Below, piece by piece: positions 61,301 to 64,000 of a stretch of DNA of 64,000 nucleotides. Source of the DNA: Diadema antillarum. Lineage: Eukaryota. Under the pieces are notes generated by a model that worked only from the letters and a program-made list of their open reading frames with translations, was not told the origin of the DNA and searched no databases. A program made the position numbers and the translations under genes. How positions within the stretch are numbered: the first letter of the stretch is position 1; every line of letters begins with the position of its first letter. The stretch covers positions 372,001-436,000 of the forward strand of contig NW_027272210.1 in NCBI RefSeq assembly GCF_040938485.1, given 5' to 3'.

Positions 61301-62604
61301 AGTTATCTGCTTGCACCTCTTTCACTGAACTTTTATAATGTAAAGATAAAACAAAACGGCTTTAACAAGGTTCCACGCCACTATATCTTATGAAAATCTT
61401 GAAATTTGAAAATCTGTTTCTTGGTGAAAAAAAAAGACAACCCACCATTCATTGCTGTCCTTCCTTCAACTAGCCCTAATGAGAGCATTCATGTTGGCTA
61501 CAGTGCAACCTTGTAATGGCTTTACATCTTTCACAGTACATGACACTCAAATTAAATGTAAATGTGTGGGAACATTGGTCGCATAAAAGTAGAAAAGGAC
61601 CTTGGGTCTTACCTCAAAGAACTTTTTCATGCTATGCAGATCCTCAAGGTTGATCTTTTCCTCTATCTGTTAAAGTAAGAATACAAACGAAAGGTCACAT
61701 TAGACATCTGTGCATTTCAGTAAACAAGCCATCATACTGGAGTTGGAGAGGGGAAGGGGGGAAGAAAGTTTCTTACAGATTCAAGTTCCTCGACTTAGAA
61801 TTTGTGGTTCCTCACCAACAATTAGGAAAAATTCATTCAACCAATCCATTGTAAAAGGATATACACAGCCAAATTGTGGCACAACAGAGCCATCTTCCCT
61901 TAGCAACCTCCATAGTAACATATAAACATGTCTACTTGGCACATGTGCATGCTTTAGTTAAACAACGGACTGTGCTCACAAACTGCCCCTCGGAGAAATA
62001 CTGTGGAAAGCATTTCAAGGGCAGCAGACTTTTCTGGAATTCACACATAAGAATCAAAGACAAAGATCTCACCACTTCAAACCACATGGTTTCCATGTTT
62101 CAACTTGAGTGACTTGATGTCCCGAGAGATAAGTATTGCACAAAACAGTGCACATTCTTACAACAAAGTTTGCCTAACACTGTGATACAAGACCTAACTT
62201 GCCACCACACAGCATTATGTACTGCAGGCATATTGCAAGTGCACCTCACTGGGTTCTGTTCAAAATTCTACTGGAGAAGGTCAGTTCTCCCATGACCCTA
62301 TTGAAGTAATATGACACCCTCTTCTCACAAATACCAAGGGTAGGGTAATTCGTTAGTAGGGTAACTCTTCACAATACCAGAACCTGATTTATGAATTTAC
62401 TCAGTTGTGGCACTGTATTGAAAGACCTGTGCCCCAATATATATCAGTCCAATGTTCCATACCATAAGCGAGATTTTAAATTGATAAGCAAAAACTCACC
62501 AGAGATGCATCTCCTTCAGAGTACATATAACTATCCTGGTCAACTTCTGTCTGATACACAGCCTTAGCTGGACTCATTGGTCCATGACACCCAAAGGGAT
62601 CCAT
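51014..62604 (-). CDS. EF-hand + WD40 repeat protein of the WDR95/WDR49(CFAP337)/WDR64/WDY family; first 11 coding exons, 3' part not in window
   Basis: Exons with GT-AG boundaries and matching phases: 62604-62500, 61666-61613, 61006-60923, 57876-57811, 56596-56426, 56031-55972, 55055-54967, 54254-54162, 53249-53157, 52520-52333, 51269-51014. They splice to about 419 codons without a stop, including two EF-hands (DVDNNGTLSLEEF; DFNSEGSIDWDEF) and WD40 motifs (HEDWVGDLKY; KGVKTFDFCKEKNLIATGGMDRILRLYNPYVP). The exact ortholog cannot be fixed without a search. Confidence 0.9.
52270..52300. repeat. (CA)n microsatellite next to a splice donor
   Basis: Direct reading. Confidence 0.95.
52333..52520 (-). 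CDS. EF-hand/WD40 gene exon (TWKKMPKTDG...HEDWVGDLKYYDDIRSIISCSNHESTALVI)
   Basis: Acceptor atcag|, donor |gtaagt, 188 bp, phase 2 to 1. Confidence 0.9.
53157..53249 (-). CDS. EF-hand/WD40 gene exon (ATGFDECFLMYGDSDGCINIIIINGVGETL)
   Basis: Acceptor tttggcag|, donor |gtatgg, 93 bp, phase 2 to 2. Confidence 0.88.
54162..54254 (-). CDS. EF-hand/WD40 gene exon (DREIQFYELSTFEPYCQVTGLETTPLKLTY)
   Basis: Acceptor gtgcag|, donor |gtgagg, 93 bp, phase 2 to 2. Confidence 0.88.
54603..54810. mobile_element. Degenerate MITE with telomere-like (TAACCC) internal repeats
   Basis: ACAATTGCTCC at the left versus GGAGCAATTGT at the right. The interior has AACCCTAA/CCCTAAT variants. Confidence 0.5.
54967..55055 (-). 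CDS. EF-hand/WD40 gene exon (VDQNTTRQKPKWVTDFVMMTQFNKIILGTG)
   Basis: Acceptor attttag|, donor |gtgagt, 89 bp, phase 0 to 2. Confidence 0.88.
55972..56031 (-). CDS. EF-hand/WD40 gene exon (DGTIAFWSGNMELKRWKSVM)
   Basis: Acceptor ttctacag|, donor |gtaaga, 60 bp. The sequence is WD-type (DGTIAFW). Confidence 0.88.
56426..56596 (-). CDS. EF-hand/WD40 gene exon (DEFCTYMQLEYEEKEEAYL...VTTSQ)
   Basis: Acceptor atttcag|, donor |gtgag, 171 bp, GC-rich codon usage. Confidence 0.9.
57811..57876 (-). CDS. EF-hand/WD40 gene exon, EF-hand 2 (DDEEITNLFMKIDFNSEGSIDW)
   Basis: Acceptor ctttcag|, donor |gtgagt, 66 bp. Confidence 0.9.
60413..60721. mobile_element. MITE, 309 bp (hAT-like CAG termini, superfamily uncertain)
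   Basis: 13-bp TIR CAGAGACTCCAAC / GTTGGAGTCTCTG. The flanks share TATGTA (60407-12 and 60722-27). Internal CGGGAGA motifs are repeated. Confidence 0.75.
60923..61006 (-). CDS. EF-hand/WD40 gene exon, EF-hand 1 (DADVDNNGTLSLEEFKTVLRESLSLRGK)
   Basis: Canonical EF-hand loop DxDxNGxLxxEE, 84 bp, AG/GT flanks. Confidence 0.9.
61613..61666 (-). CDS. EF-hand/WD40 gene exon (IEEKINLEDLHSMKKFFE)
   Basis: Acceptor tttaacag|, donor |gtaag, 54 bp. Confidence 0.85.
62500..62604 (-). CDS. EF-hand/WD40 gene, putative first coding exon (MDPFGCHGPMSPAKAVYQTEVDQDSYMYSEGDASL)
   Basis: 105 bp ending in a CTG|GTGAGT donor, phase 0, in frame with the next exon. The start could instead be the ATG at 62577. Confidence 0.6.
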
Positions 62605-64000
62605 GGACTGTCATAGCAGCAGACTTTCAACATTACCAGACATGAACGAGTCAATATTTGAACATTTGCTGATACATGGTAGCTATGGCTGAGATTAACA
62701 AAAAATGCCCCTCTCCTGGTGGGATAAACAGTGTTGATGCTTCAGTGGGGATGGTGAATAATCCACAGAACGGAGGAATTTTTTTGTTGAAGAAACATTT
62801 ACAAAGGATCGTGGGAGATCAGAGGTTCAATGAGCAGTCATGTGGAGCACAGAAACTGGGGGTTTCTATATCACAATGCCCCCTACAAAAAGAGAACCCA
62901 CAGAAATTGCAGACCCATAGGCATCATAATGTCTCCTTTCACCAAAGAATGCACAATATAGTGATGGTGTCATCCCAGGCAAGCAGAAGCACTGCAGATT
63001 CAGTATAAAATGAGGAACTAGCGCAAAGTGCATTCATTTGCCAAAAATTACAAGCCCCGCCCCAAGGCCCTCCTCCTCCTCTCCTTCCTATCTCTTAATT
63101 TTCATTAAAAAAAAAAAAAAAAATGTACAGAGCTCCATTTCGATGAAATGGTGCACGTGATACAACATTTTCTGTTTGTCTGTTGTTCCTGGGAGCCCAG
63201 TGGTGGTATGAAATCACTCATTTGTAAAGTTCTATGATTGGCTAAGTTTTATACTGTATCAAATGCAATAGGTAAATGAAAGTTCAAGGGACATACTGAC
63301 ATAAACACCAATGGATACTGTGGTATTTCAAGCAGAATCTTTCAGAACATAATTTGCTAATTACGGGCCATGAGACAATTACTTCTCACTCACTGATCTG
63401 CGGTAGCCAATAATATCCACTCTGCCAGGGATGTTATACATTGTAAACACTTGCAAAATTAAAAACACATGGAATTGAAATTATCTGACTGAGTGGGCAA
63501 AGTTACTCACACAAAAATTTCCACTATTAAAGTGTATCTGGGTTTTGTTTTGTTTTTTGTTTTGTTTTGTTTTTCTTTTTGGTTTTTTTCTTGCTTTGTT
63601 TCTTAACTTTTTGGATGTTTCAATTAATTACAGTATTTCAACCCTAATAATGCCATCTTTGGACACTGGTGACATGACTTTGTGGGCAGTTCTCAACTTC
63701 CCAATACTTTTCCTGAGAATGCAAACTTTCATACTGATTTTGAAAACCAAGAAGAATTTTATGGAACGCAATGAGTATTTACCGTATATACCTTTTTTTC
63801 TTCTTCTTGCATGAGTAAGGGCATGGTAAACATAGTTAAATCTAAATGAGCATTACTGTTAAAGAGACCTACTGCTAAACATGAGTATTTCAGTCACATG
63901 CACACAGTCCAGATTGTGAAATGTAGAAAACATGCTGTACAAGGTGCCAAGATGGAAGAGTTAATGGGAATGAAACCCCAAACAAGTACATGTTGATTGA

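Noticed and set aside
62660-63250. Promoter motifs for the WD40 gene (GC box at about 63055, ATTGG at about 63236, X-box-like GTAGCTATGGCTGA at about 62668)
   Set aside because: These are short or imperfect matches expected by chance, and the transcription start is unknown.

Overview
AT-rich eukaryotic genomic DNA with spliceosomal introns, MITEs, SINEs and microsatellites. It is probably echinoderm (sea-urchin-like); this is inferred from the TLR type and repeat style, not proven. Positions 1-49.7 kb hold a head-to-tail array of vertebrate-like (single cysteine cluster) Toll-like receptor genes on the + strand, each with an intron-free CDS. There are five open copies (the first is cut by the window edge), one frameshifted copy, and an orphan 5' relic of a seventh. 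Positions 51.0-62.6 kb hold the first 11 coding exons (about 419 codons) of a - strand EF-hand + WD40 gene of the WDR95/WDR49/WDR64/WDY family. Its last visible exon ends in an open phase-2 donor pointing into the TLR array, and I found no further exon in 1-51012. The whole array therefore appears to sit antisense inside one intron of more than 51 kb. The TLR paralogs are patchworks of exchanged segments. TLR-2 and TLR-3 are almost identical up to nt 10483/20061 and then diverge, and variation among paralogs concentrates on the predicted concave LRR face. The spacers share conserved blocks, including a SINE relic upstream of every ATG, and carry several young non-autonomous transposons. No CRISPR, rRNA or true tRNA genes were seen.
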